Origin: Gammaproteobacteria bacterium
GTDB taxonomy: Bacteria; Pseudomonadota; Gammaproteobacteria; Ga0077536
DNA: 64,000 bases
Assembly (NCBI GenBank): GCA_021773835.1
Contig: JAJFJQ010000060.1
Location: 8,540 to 72,539, forward strand
Reading direction: 5' to 3'
Part shown: positions 49,717 to 59,149 of the stretch, piece after piece
Position numbering within the stretch: the first letter of the stretch is position 1
Layout of the letters: every line of letters starts with the position of its first letter
The notes under the pieces: generated by a model
What the model was told of the DNA's origin: nothing
The model's database searches: none
What the model saw: only the letters and a program-made list of their open reading frames with translations
Made by a program: the position numbers and the translations under genes

Positions 49717-51216
49717 CTAGCCGCCTGATGCGACCTCGTCCGCTGGTGGCGTCACCCAACTATAGTCATGCGCGTCAACGCCCCGCTGTTCAGGCGGCAG
49801 TCCCATGTAGTGCAAAAACCCATCGATCGTCGCCGGCTGGATCACACCGTTATAGAGGCGATCGACTACGCTACGATGTCCTGCAATTCGTGCCGGGTCG
49901 ACATCGAAGATCCATTTGCACGGGCGACTGCAGAAGATGTAGCGGCGACCTTCATGATGGGTCCAGTAGTTGCGGTAGGAGATCCCTCTATTTGGCGTAC
50001 CAAGCATCGTGATCGCACATGTATTACAGATCGCCGGCACCGTCTGCGGCTGGGTAAGCTCCTCGTGGCCGGCGACAATATTTTGCTCCATCACATCCCA
50101 AGATTTGCCGAAAGTGTCGTTCCACCCTGGATATTTTTCCTCCAACCATTCGCGCTCCGCGGGCGATACACCGGCCGTCGGATTCCAGAACTGCGCAGCG
50201 CGCCAGAACCAGAATGCCAGGTGCGTGGCATGCGAAACAGTGTCTAGCGATTCAGTAAATTCCTCCCAAAACCACGGCAGGTTAAGACCCAGGTCCAATA
50301 ACTTGCGCTCGAATTGTTGCGCCACAAACTCTCGCGCAAACTCCTTGAACGACTTCTCGCGCGCTTCTAACGGCGTGTAGTAGTCGACGGTTGGGCCACC
50401 GACCGTCGCAAACAACCGCCACTGCCGCCACCAAGCGATATCGACAAGCTGCTGCGCCTGTTCATTGTTCCCATTCTCCAAAAGAACTTTAAGCACCGCA
50501 TTGCCGATTTGAGCATGGCGTGTCTCGTCCGTTTGAATGTTTGAGATCAAGTTTGCAAAATTGTAGTCGCCCGCCCTGTGTGCCTCCGCCGACAGACCAA
50601 GAAATTGGAGATTGGTGAGACCCTCTTCGGTCGCAAACGTCAGCATGATGCCGATAGAGGCGGCATCTCGTCCAAGCTCGACGTCGTCCAGGTTTGCACG
50701 TGCAGCGATCGCAGCCCAGTGGTTGCTGTGGTACATCTTCTGGGCCCAGTCAAAGCGAGAATCTTTGCTAATGTTCTCGTGGGCAAAGTACAGCTGCATC
50801 TGCGTATGCCGGATCTCATCGAGTAAGCCGAAGGTCGCCATGTTGCGCATCCCCGGCGCCTTACCAAAACGCAACATCTTTGCTTCGGCTAGTCCGGCGC
50901 CAAGCTCGCCGATAGTAATACTGGCATAGTGGAGCAACATGCTCGTGCGCCAACCTGGATCTGATTCGTCGAAAAATCGTGACCGCGTGAGCGCGGCACG
51001 CACGGAATAGGCGTCATCGTCCTTCTTGTGTTGGACCTCGACGTATTCACGGTAGGTGATCTTGTAGGGCTCGTCGAATCGTTCCCAATTCTCGCGCGGC
51101 ACGCCAAAACTGTCCGCCATCTCATCCGGAAACAGCTCGTCTTCAGCGACATAGCGAGGTGTCCAATTGGTGTCCCTGGCAATGTCGTACCATTCAGATG
51201 AATCCAATCGTTCCAT
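49717..51216 (-). CDS. aromatic/alkene monooxygenase hydroxylase alpha (di-iron) subunit, TmoA-like
   Basis: WYDIARDTNWTP, GE, DEIRH, EGLTN, DETRH, WLEEKYPGW; colinear with TmoA/TouA. Confidence 0.95.
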   Translation of the reverse strand: MERLDSSEWYDIARDTNWTPRYVAEDELFPDEMADSFGVPRENWERFDEPYKITYREYVEVQHKKDDDAYSVRAALTRSRFFDESDPGWRTSMLLHYASITIGELGAGLAEAKMLRFGKAPGMRNMATFGLLDEIRHTQMQLYFAHENISKDSRFDWAQKMYHSNHWAAIAARANLDDVELGRDAASIGIMLTFATEEGLTNLQFLGLSAEAHRAGDYNFANLISNIQTDETRHAQIGNAVLKVLLENGNNEQAQQLVDIAWWRQWRLFATVGGPTVDYYTPLEAREKSFKEFAREFVAQQFERKLLDLGLNLPWFWEEFTESLDTVSHATHLAFWFWRAAQFWNPTAGVSPAEREWLEEKYPGWNDTFGKSWDVMEQNIVAGHEELTQPQTVPAICNTCAITMLGTPNRGISYRNYWTHHEGRRYIFCSRPCKWIFDVDPARIAGHRSVVDRLYNGVIQPATIDGFLHYMGLPPEQRGVDAHDYSWVTPPADEVASGG

Positions 51217-51257
51217 GGCTTCCTCCTTTCGTTCGGCGGTCGCGCTTCGGGTAAGGT

Positions 51258-51572
51258 TTAGTCGTTACCTAAGTCCACGTACACCTCATCACCATCGACC
51301 CGGACCGGAAACAATGCAAGCAAGGTGTTCTCCGGATTAATCCCCATCCCACTCATCAAGTCGAAGCGCCAGCGGTGTGCCTTACAGGTTAACACCTGGC
51401 CGTCGAGCTCCCCATCTACCAGGGGCTGTTCCTGATGTGGGCAACTCGGCGGGATAGCCCGCACCTCCCCACCCTCTAAGTGGATCACCAGCACCTCACG
51501 GCCGTTGACTTGGAAAACGGCCATCTCGCCTTCCCACAGATCGTCGGTATTGCATACATGTTGAAAAGCCAT
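51258..51572 (-). CDS. Rieske-type ferredoxin, TmoC-like
   Basis: DDLWEGEM, CPHQ, TCKAHRWRFD, GINP. Confidence 0.93.
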   Translation of the reverse strand: MAFQHVCNTDDLWEGEMAVFQVNGREVLVIHLEGGEVRAIPPSCPHQEQPLVDGELDGQVLTCKAHRWRFDLMSGMGINPENTLLALFPVRVDGDEVYVDLGND

Positions 51573-51633
51573 TGGATGCTGATTCTACCGAGTGTATAGA
51601 GGTCGAAGCATGTCCAAATCCGAGAGTACTTCG

Positions 51634-51663
51634 AGTATAGAGAGGCCATCGGACAGGCGTCAA
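51634..51663 (-). promoter_or_regulatory. putative sigma70 promoter for the Tmo-like operon
   Basis: Minus strand TTGACG-N18-TATACT about 60 bp upstream of the Rieske ATG. Confidence 0.55.
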
Positions 51664-51698
51664 TCGGGGCTTCGCTCCACCGCTGCCGTTCCCGCAAG

Positions 51699-52205
51699 CT
51701 AACAAGCGGAATTCGCGACCAAGTCCCAGGCGAAGGTGAAATTTTCCACTTTGGCGCCACCTGCCCCGTCGTTTGGATCACCCGAACTGTGATGGTAGAC
51801 CTCGTATTTTATTTTGCCAAAATTCAAAATCAGCCTTTCGCGAAAAAAATTCTCTTCCGCCTCCCCGTCTGTGCGCATCGCCGTGATACGAACGTCTTCC
51901 ATAATGATTGATTGATACTTCAGCAAGGCTTCACGCTTCCCGACCACTGGAATGACGCTGATTTCAACCAGCTTGATCGGCGTTTGCTCAACGAACGACC
52001 GTATCAATGCAGCACTTTCCTTGCCGATCGGTTTCAATATCGTGATCTGATTCATGCTGCCGCACGGCTGGCCGTCCGCAATCTGCTCCTCAGATGTGCG
52101 TTCGAGATTCCAATTCCATGACAGCATGTCCGCCCAACCCTTGTGTTGATAGTTGCGCGTGCCGCCATCGATCCCGTCTATTTTCAAAAACATTTCTAAC
52201 GCCAT
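51699..52205 (-). CDS. hcp: Hcp family (T6SS tube-like) protein, orphan
   Basis: MFLKIDGIDG...HKGWADMLSWNW, ERLILNFGKIKYE, FAWDLVAN. Confidence 0.85.
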   Translation of the reverse strand: MALEMFLKIDGIDGGTRNYQHKGWADMLSWNWNLERTSEEQIADGQPCGSMNQITILKPIGKESAALIRSFVEQTPIKLVEISVIPVVGKREALLKYQSIIMEDVRITAMRTDGEAEENFFRERLILNFGKIKYEVYHHSSGDPNDGAGGAKVENFTFAWDLVANSAC

Positions 52206-52682
52206 TTACCTCTCTCCTGCTGCGGATGGACCGAAGTTGCTCACGGATGAGCCAGCGACCCATCCAAATCGATGGCCGTAACATGGATTCGATTGGTCAC
52301 GACGACGGTCAGCGAGCTTGGGTGTAGCAGCCAAGCTCAGTATCAAAAAATGCTCCACGACGTACCGATTTCACGTCGCGTCAATGGGCTTTGGGGGAAA
52401 CGCCTCGATTGTTCAGGCTGAGGTTGTAACCGACATTGCGTACATCTGAGATACGCAGTGGAGACCGCGTAACCTACCGCCCAGGCTACGTTATTTTGAC
52501 TTCAATTGCAGGTACTAAATTGCATAACGCGTGAATCTGTTTTCGAAACACACGGCCAATTCGAGTTGGGCCATCGACAATCCAGCGTCGCAACCAGATC
52601 TGACGCAGGCTCGAATATTTACCTGACTAGATCGAAATTGATACGATCTGGCGCCGTATTCAATTACGAGGAGGTCCCTCAG

Positions 52683-53423
52683 ATGAGTCGTTGGAAAGCG
52701 TCAGGTATTCACTTTCTAATCAGCTTGTTTATAGCCATTGCAGCAATTGCGATCGTCATCCTGGTGATGTATCCCCCTCCCTACACCGGGAGTGCCGGCG
52801 CGGGCCGCTTGCTCGTTATTTTAATCAGCGTTGATGTAACGCTCGGGCCCTTGATCACTCTGATCATATTTAAGCAGGGCAAACCTGGGCTCAAATTCGA
52901 TTTGAGCGTGATCGCGATGCTGCAAGTCGCCGCACTCGGTTATGGCCTAATAATCATTGGTCAAGCACGGCCAGTGTTTCTCGCGTTTGTCGAAGACCGG
53001 TTTGCACTCGTTCATGCCAACGCCATCAAAGACGACGCAATTGCCCAAGCGTCCGCACCGTACAACCGCAAATCCTGGACTGGACCGGTGCTGGTCGGCA
53101 CGCAGTTGTCCGGTGATATTGACGCTCATAATGATGTGCTGATGTCCGCGATGGAGGGCGGGCCCGACATCGACTCGATGCCCCAATACTATGTTCCATA
53201 TGAGCAACAAAAAGAGAAAGTATTAGCACAGGCTAAGCCGCTTAAGGATCTGCGAAGCTGGAGCGAAAACGCAGATACCCTGGTGGCGACCTGGCTAGAG
53301 CGCAAACAAACATCCGCTGAGGACTTTCTTTATCTACCGCTACAGGTCAGGACCGGATTTCATACGTTAGTGCTAAATCAAAATGTCGAGCCGATCGATG
53401 TGTTGCCAGTTGACCCCTGGTGA
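52683..53423 (+). CDS. TfpX/TfpZ/FimB-like type IV pilin accessory protein
   Basis: MSRWKASGIHFLIS, VDVTLGPLITLII, DLSVIAMLQVAALGYG, RPVFLAF; GGAGG RBS. Confidence 0.8.
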   Translation: MSRWKASGIHFLISLFIAIAAIAIVILVMYPPPYTGSAGAGRLLVILISVDVTLGPLITLIIFKQGKPGLKFDLSVIAMLQVAALGYGLIIIGQARPVFLAFVEDRFALVHANAIKDDAIAQASAPYNRKSWTGPVLVGTQLSGDIDAHNDVLMSAMEGGPDIDSMPQYYVPYEQQKEKVLAQAKPLKDLRSWSENADTLVATWLERKQTSAEDFLYLPLQVRTGFHTLVLNQNVEPIDVLPVDPW

Positions 53424-53522
53424 GCCGCGGGCGATTTGGCCTGGAGGTAACAGGCCACCCACGACGGACTAGGCGCATATTCATCCAGTAGACAGCGGTA
53501 TTATCGGGTTACGGCAAATCCG

Positions 53523-56500
53523 CTAGGGTCTGCCGTAATCCACCTTCCGTTCAGCCGTGATATACCCATCCAGCAGGTCGGCGTCGATCTCGGCATCGGA
53601 ACGTTCCGCCGGATCACCATAGCCGCCTCCACCTGGCGCATGCATGAGCAGTTGATCTCCTAGCTGCATTCGGATGTTGACGAATTTGGTCGGACTCACG
53701 GTCCCAAAAGCCTCAGTGAAGGTTTTGAACTCGGTAGTTCCGGCGAATCGGACAAATATGCCGGCCGGTCCACCGGATATTCCACCTTGAAACCCCCATG
53801 GACCTTCCTGGGTACGATCGAGCAACGCACTTACGGTGACCTCCGGAGCCGTGACTTCAAACAAGCGGCGCACGCCTAAGCCACCGCGCCATTTTCCTGC
53901 ACCACCAGAGTCCGGACGTAAGGCATATTCCACGGTACGCATGGGGTAACGGGTTTCGAATACCTCGATCGGCGTTGCGCGAATGGTACTGCCGTGGGCG
54001 ATACACTGCGCACTATTGCCATCCTTACCCAGACGGCCACCCCAGCCACCACCGTCAAGCTGGTAGTGAGTGTAATAATCACCGGTATCCGGGTGCGCGC
54101 CGCCGATCAGGATATTACACGCCGTGCCGCCCTCCGCAGCACTAATGCGATCAGGGATCGCTTTGGCCAGCGCTCCTTGCACGGCGGAGATGATGCGCGG
54201 CTGACCTTCGGTGTTGCCGGCCACGCACGGTGCGGGAAAAACCGGGTTCGCAACCGTGCCCGGAGGTGCAACAACTTTAATCGGTTTAAAACAACCGCTA
54301 TTTAGCGGTACGTCGCGCGCACCGATCGATTGCAGTACCGCGGTACTACCTGCTGCGGCCGTGGCGACATAGCTGACATTGATCGGGCCGCGGGCTTGTG
54401 GGTCAGATTCCGATAAATCGACGACGATGTCGTCATCGTGGATGTGAACGGCAGCGCGAAAGTAGTACGGTTTTGCCTCGACCCCATCATCCTCGAAATA
54501 ATCTTCGAATTTATAGATCCCGTTCGGGAGCTTCTTGATTTCGCTACGCATCCATTTCTCAGCGTGGTCGATAAGGTTATCGGTGATCTGCTCGAACAAT
54601 TCCAAACCGAGCTTACCAACGACCTCTTGCAGGCGACGTTCGGCCGTGGTTAATGATCCCAGCAATGCATGGAAATCACCCCATGTCGTATCCGGAGTGC
54701 GATGGTTTGCCATGACGATGCGCCACACATCCTTAACGTACTCACCACGCGACATGATCTTAACTGGCGGCAACCGCAATCCTTCTTGAAAAATCTCCGT
54801 CGCGGTGCTCGCAAACGAACCGACAGCCATACCACCGATCTCAGCGATATGCGCGATATTGGCGGCATATCCAATGACCTTGCCATCCAAAAACACAGGC
54901 TTCATAAACATATGCTCAGGCATGTGGCACTGCCCGCGGTAGGGATCGTTATGCACGATCACATCCCCTGGCTCGAAACTATCCTCACCAAGTTCCTCCA
55001 CGCACAAGGGGATTGTATGCAGTCCTGCGCATATGATTGCCGGATTCATCTCCGCCTGACCAACCATCCTAAGCTTGCGATCAAAAAGGATGCAGCTAAA
55101 GTCTCGCGACTCACTGAATATTGGTGAATGTGCTGTACGCACCATCGCGCTAGCCATCTCATCGCAAATATTTTTCAGCGCGTTGTTTATAACCGTTAAT
55201 GTCACCGGATCATCTGCTACATTCTGCGCCACGGTGTTGTCGCGTCGCTCGACATTTGTCGGCACATCCACCACGAGACTACCGTCCGCTTGAACCTCAA
55301 AGGCACCGCCGGGCGGAATCAACGTCGTTGAGTCGGTTTCCTCAACCAAGGCCGGACCGCTGATGCGAGTGCCGACAGCGAGCTGGTCTCGCCGGTGCAC
55401 CGGCGTGTCGATCTCACCGATATCGGCAAAGTGAATCGTGCGCGATGAGTTAGGGTCGAGTGTGCCTTCGCTCACCCCCGACAGCGTGACCTCAGCGCCC
55501 TCCTCACCCAGGCCGATCATTCGCACTTCGGTGATCTCGACGACTTTGTCTTCAAACGAATAACCGTACAGTGCTTCGTGTTGTTGGTGCAGTCGCGCTA
55601 GCCCACGCGCAAAAGCAGCATCGTCCAGTGGTAATGTGTCGAGCGCCACGATTTCGCCGAAGTTCTGCCCGAGATAACGCATATTGAGATAACCGGTGAT
55701 ACGCGCCGCCCCTTCCAGGCCGTCACGCTTGAGCTCGGCGACGGATTCTTCACTCAGTTCGCGTAATTGCTGATTCAGCAACTCGAGGTCCAGCTGGTCG
55801 GAGCGATGCATCACTGTACGCGCGCGATCAACACGCAATTCAGTCAATAAGGTACCCAGTGCCGATAACAAGCCCGGGTTCGGCGGGACTATGACGTGCT
55901 GCATACCGAGGTGGGCGGCAACGTCAACCGCATGTAACGGCCCCGCGCCGCCAAACGCTATCAAGGCAAAATCCCGATGGTCGATACCTCGGTCTACTGT
56001 CATAAGGCGGATCGCGTCGGCCATGTTTTCTGCCGCAGTACCCAGTATGGCGAGCGCAGTTTCATTTTCGTTTAGTCCAATTTGTTTGCCTAAGGCTGCA
56101 ACCGCTGCGTGTGCAGCAGCGGCATCGAGGCTGACTTCCCCGCCAAGGAAAAATTTCGGATCCAAACGCCCGAGAACTACATTCGCGTCTGTTACCGTGG
56201 GCTCAGTCCCGCCCTTGCCATAACAGGCAGGACCGGGCTCAGCACCTGCGCTGCGCGGACCTACTCGTAGTAGACCACCGGAATCAACATAGGCGATGGA
56301 ACCACCACCGGCCCCGATCGTGGTGTAGTCAATAAACAAAGAACTGACCGGTACACCCCATTCGATTTCGTATTCGGTGGTCGAGCCGAACTCCCCGTCG
56401 CTAATCAAGCCGACATCACAGCTGGTACCACCCATGTCGAGGGTCACCGCATTGCCGCCGGCGTGGTCCCGGGCGAAGCGCCGCCCTGCTATCACGCCAC

Positions 56501-57299
56501 CCGCAAGACCCGACAACAGTAGTTGGACCGGTATCTCACCAGCCGTAGCCGATTGCACGTGCCCACCGTTCGATTTCATCAGTGCTAATGGTGCTGTAAC
56601 CGACATGTCCTGAAGTGCACCGGCCAGACCGTCGACGAAGCGTTCAATGATGTGTTTGATGAACGCATCGGTGATAGTCGTCGTAGAGCGTTCATATTCG
56701 CGCCAGATCGGCGAGACGCGATGCGATAAGGAAACCGGGGTATGCGGAAATCGCTCAGTCAAATACTCACCGACAGCGATCTCATGTGCGGGATTGACGT
56801 AGGAAAATAATAAATTTACGGCAATCGCCCAGTCTGTATCCGGTGCAGAACTTATCCAGCCCTCGACCCACTCACCAAGCTTCTCGAGGGAAGCTTGATC
56901 GAGCGGCTCGATAACTTTCCCGCGATGGTCGACGCGCTCCAATATCCCATGAGTGTGGCGGCGCATAACCCCAGTGTCGGGTTTTGGCCAAGCAGGATTG
57001 TAGGCCTCGCGCCGATCGATGCGGCCGATGATCGGCACGTCCTCGACCCCTTTGGTACCGACGTATAGGACCGTCGCGCCTTTCTTTTGTAGGCGCGCAT
57101 TGGTCGCAATCGTGGTACCTAAAAGAATACGTTCGATGTCTTTTGGATCAACACCACAACGCGCGATTGCGGCGAGTGGCGCATCAGCCGGTGCAGCTGG
57201 GGTGGATGGGACTTTAATCGTCGAGATACGACCAGTCTGATCATCGAATGCGATGAGATCGGTAAAGGTACCTCCGGTATCAATGCCAAGTCGTATCAT
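53523..57299 (-). CDS. fused hydantoinase A + hydantoinase B (ATP-dependent oxoprolinase/lactamase-like)
   Basis: GIDTGGTFTD, DMGGTSCDV, GAGGGSIA, FGGAGPLH; then ESRDFSC, NDPY, QEGL, PGGGGYGDP. Confidence 0.93.
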   Translation of the reverse strand: MIRLGIDTGGTFTDLIAFDDQTGRISTIKVPSTPAAPADAPLAAIARCGVDPKDIERILLGTTIATNARLQKKGATVLYVGTKGVEDVPIIGRIDRREAYNPAWPKPDTGVMRRHTHGILERVDHRGKVIEPLDQASLEKLGEWVEGWISSAPDTDWAIAVNLLFSYVNPAHEIAVGEYLTERFPHTPVSLSHRVSPIWREYERSTTTITDAFIKHIIERFVDGLAGALQDMSVTAPLALMKSNGGHVQSATAGEIPVQLLLSGLAGGVIAGRRFARDHAGGNAVTLDMGGTSCDVGLISDGEFGSTTEYEIEWGVPVSSLFIDYTTIGAGGGSIAYVDSGGLLRVGPRSAGAEPGPACYGKGGTEPTVTDANVVLGRLDPKFFLGGEVSLDAAAAHAAVAALGKQIGLNENETALAILGTAAENMADAIRLMTVDRGIDHRDFALIAFGGAGPLHAVDVAAHLGMQHVIVPPNPGLLSALGTLLTELRVDRARTVMHRSDQLDLELLNQQLRELSEESVAELKRDGLEGAARITGYLNMRYLGQNFGEIVALDTLPLDDAAFARGLARLHQQHEALYGYSFEDKVVEITEVRMIGLGEEGAEVTLSGVSEGTLDPNSSRTIHFADIGEIDTPVHRRDQLAVGTRISGPALVEETDSTTLIPPGGAFEVQADGSLVVDVPTNVERRDNTVAQNVADDPVTLTVINNALKNICDEMASAMVRTAHSPIFSESRDFSCILFDRKLRMVGQAEMNPAIICAGLHTIPLCVEELGEDSFEPGDVIVHNDPYRGQCHMPEHMFMKPVFLDGKVIGYAANIAHIAEIGGMAVGSFASTATEIFQEGLRLPPVKIMSRGEYVKDVWRIVMANHRTPDTTWGDFHALLGSLTTAERRLQEVVGKLGLELFEQITDNLIDHAEKWMRSEIKKLPNGIYKFEDYFEDDGVEAKPYYFRAAVHIHDDDIVVDLSESDPQARGPINVSYVATAAAGSTAVLQSIGARDVPLNSGCFKPIKVVAPPGTVANPVFPAPCVAGNTEGQPRIISAVQGALAKAIPDRISAAEGGTACNILIGGAHPDTGDYYTHYQLDGGGWGGRLGKDGNSAQCIAHGSTIRATPIEVFETRYPMRTVEYALRPDSGGAGKWRGGLGVRRLFEVTAPEVTVSALLDRTQEGPWGFQGGISGGPAGIFVRFAGTTEFKTFTEAFGTVSPTKFVNIRMQLGDQLLMHAPGGGGYGDPAERSDAEIDADLLDGYITAERKVDYGRP

Positions 57300-57490
57300 T
57301 ACTGTGCCCCCGTTTGCGCGTGATTGATAAGCGATCGTTTCACATCGGCACACGATGCTTCACAAAACTTCTTATCTGGAAACTCGTCGTCTTCCCAATA
57401 GATCCGCGAAATCATGCGACCGCAGAAGAAGCAATTCAGGATCCGCGTTTCGTGCCACGGGATCTCAAGGATGTGTTGTTGACCGGACAT
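57299..57490 (-). CDS. small Cys-rich protein (CxxC...CxxxC), putative metal-binding partner of the hydantoinase
   Basis: GGGGAG RBS; NCFFCG...KFCEASC; stop overlaps the hydantoinase start (TAATG). Confidence 0.7.
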   Translation of the reverse strand: MSGQQHILEIPWHETRILNCFFCGRMISRIYWEDDEFPDKKFCEASCADVKRSLINHAQTGAQ

Positions 57491-57669
57491 GTCATTCTCC
57501 CCAGAATCTGACCGTCCAGCATATCGCACTGAGAGAAAAATGAGGACAGGCTTAGGACGATGCCATATTGGCATCGATCCTCACTTAAAACACCGGCGGC
57601 TCAACTTACGTTTGGGGCCATGGTCTGCCCTGCGCCGAGCCGCACCCTGATCTAAAACGGTGGTCTATA

Positions 57670-59067
57670 TTGACTGAATTGCATTATTTCAATATCACCG
57701 ATCTAGCGAAACTACTTGCCGCGCGAGCGGTTTCGTCCGTTGAAGTCACCGAGGCACAACTTGAACGGATCGCTCTGATCGATGGCGATCTTCAGGCCTA
57801 CGCGTCGATAAGTGCCGATTCGGCACTGCTTGAGGCAAAACGCGCCGACCAAGAAATCAGTCACGGAAATTACCGTGGAGCACTGCACGGCGTGCCCATC
57901 GCCGTGAAAGATCTTTGCTTCATCAAAGGCACTCGGACAATGGGCGGCACAGCGGTGTTGCAAGATTTTATCCCGGACTACGATGCAACCGTTGTAGCGA
58001 AGCTGCGCGAGGCCGGTGCGGTGATCCTTGGCAAGCTCAACCTCGCCGAAGGCGCGATGGCGGGCTACAACCCTAAGTTCGCAGTGCCATACAATCCATG
58101 GGATCGGTCACTGTCGCCTGGCGGTTCCTCGAGCGGTTCGGGTGTCGCCACCGCCGCTGGGCTATGTTTCGGAAGTTTAGGTACAGACACCGGCGGTTCG
58201 ATCCGGTTTCCTTCCAGCATGTGTGGCGTAGTCGGAATGAAACCGACATGGGGTCGGGTGAGTCGCTACGGCATCCTCGACCTCGCACCAACAATGGATC
58301 ACGTTGGCACACTAACTCGCAGCGTTGCCGATGCCGCGATCATCAACGAGGTCATAGCCGGCCACGATCCGAACGACCTTACGACACTGCCGACCGGCGC
58401 AATGGATCTTTCTGCCGCCTGTGACAGCGGCGTAGCCGACTTGCGCATCGGTTACGCAGAGCGATATAGCAACGAAGGCGTCGACCCCGCGACGGCGGCG
58501 GCAGTGGCGGCGGCCGTCGACATGCTTGAATCGCTGGGCGCCACCTTGGTGGAGGTCGAAATCCCGAATCTCGACAAATACGTCATCGCGTGGCGCGAAT
58601 TGTGCACATCGGAGGCATTTGTCGCGCACTCGAAGTATTTCCCCTCGCGTGCCCCGGAATATGGCCCGTGGTTCCGCTCATGGCTTGCGCACGGACAGTC
58701 TCGCAGCGCTACGGGTTACATCAATGCTCACCGACAACGTCTTGAGTGTAATGCTGTAATCGCAGCCGCATTTTCGAACATCGACGTACTGTTGTGCCCT
58801 GCCATGACGACGCCGGAGCAGCGCAAAAGCGATCCGCAATACTTCGGCGAACCAATGGGGGAAATCAATGCGCCACGCCAGCGGTTTACAATTCCCTATA
58901 ACTTTAATGGCGCTCCCAGCATCACGCTTCCGGCTGGACAGAACTCAAACGGCGAACCCATTAGTGTTCAGTGCGTCGGGAAACCAATGCGGGAGGATAG
59001 TGTTTTTAAGACCGCTGCTGCGCTCGAACAAAGCAACGAATACCGGACTCGTCACCCACCACTTTGA
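57670..59067 (+). CDS. amidase signature family enzyme
   Basis: GVPIAVKD, PGGSSSGS, GTDTGGSIRFPS. Confidence 0.93.
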   Translation: MTELHYFNITDLAKLLAARAVSSVEVTEAQLERIALIDGDLQAYASISADSALLEAKRADQEISHGNYRGALHGVPIAVKDLCFIKGTRTMGGTAVLQDFIPDYDATVVAKLREAGAVILGKLNLAEGAMAGYNPKFAVPYNPWDRSLSPGGSSSGSGVATAAGLCFGSLGTDTGGSIRFPSSMCGVVGMKPTWGRVSRYGILDLAPTMDHVGTLTRSVADAAIINEVIAGHDPNDLTTLPTGAMDLSAACDSGVADLRIGYAERYSNEGVDPATAAAVAAAVDMLESLGATLVEVEIPNLDKYVIAWRELCTSEAFVAHSKYFPSRAPEYGPWFRSWLAHGQSRSATGYINAHRQRLECNAVIAAAFSNIDVLLCPAMTTPEQRKSDPQYFGEPMGEINAPRQRFTIPYNFNGAPSITLPAGQNSNGEPISVQCVGKPMREDSVFKTAAALEQSNEYRTRHPPL

Positions 59068-59149
59068 TTGTTACACCTACTGTCGCGATCTACTCGTAGG
59101 CAGCTAGGATCGTTAAGCGCCAGGTCAACCTGGCTTCTCGTGCACCCGC

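Noticed and set aside
40587-52205. Kinase plus Hcp as a type VI secretion locus
   Set aside because: 10 kb apart with no tss, vgrG or PAAR genes between or around them.
52330-52682. Expected pilin gene upstream of the TfpZ-like gene, and the 59-aa ORF extension from 52506
   Set aside because: No prepilin G/FTLIE motif seen; the RBS supports a start at 52683.
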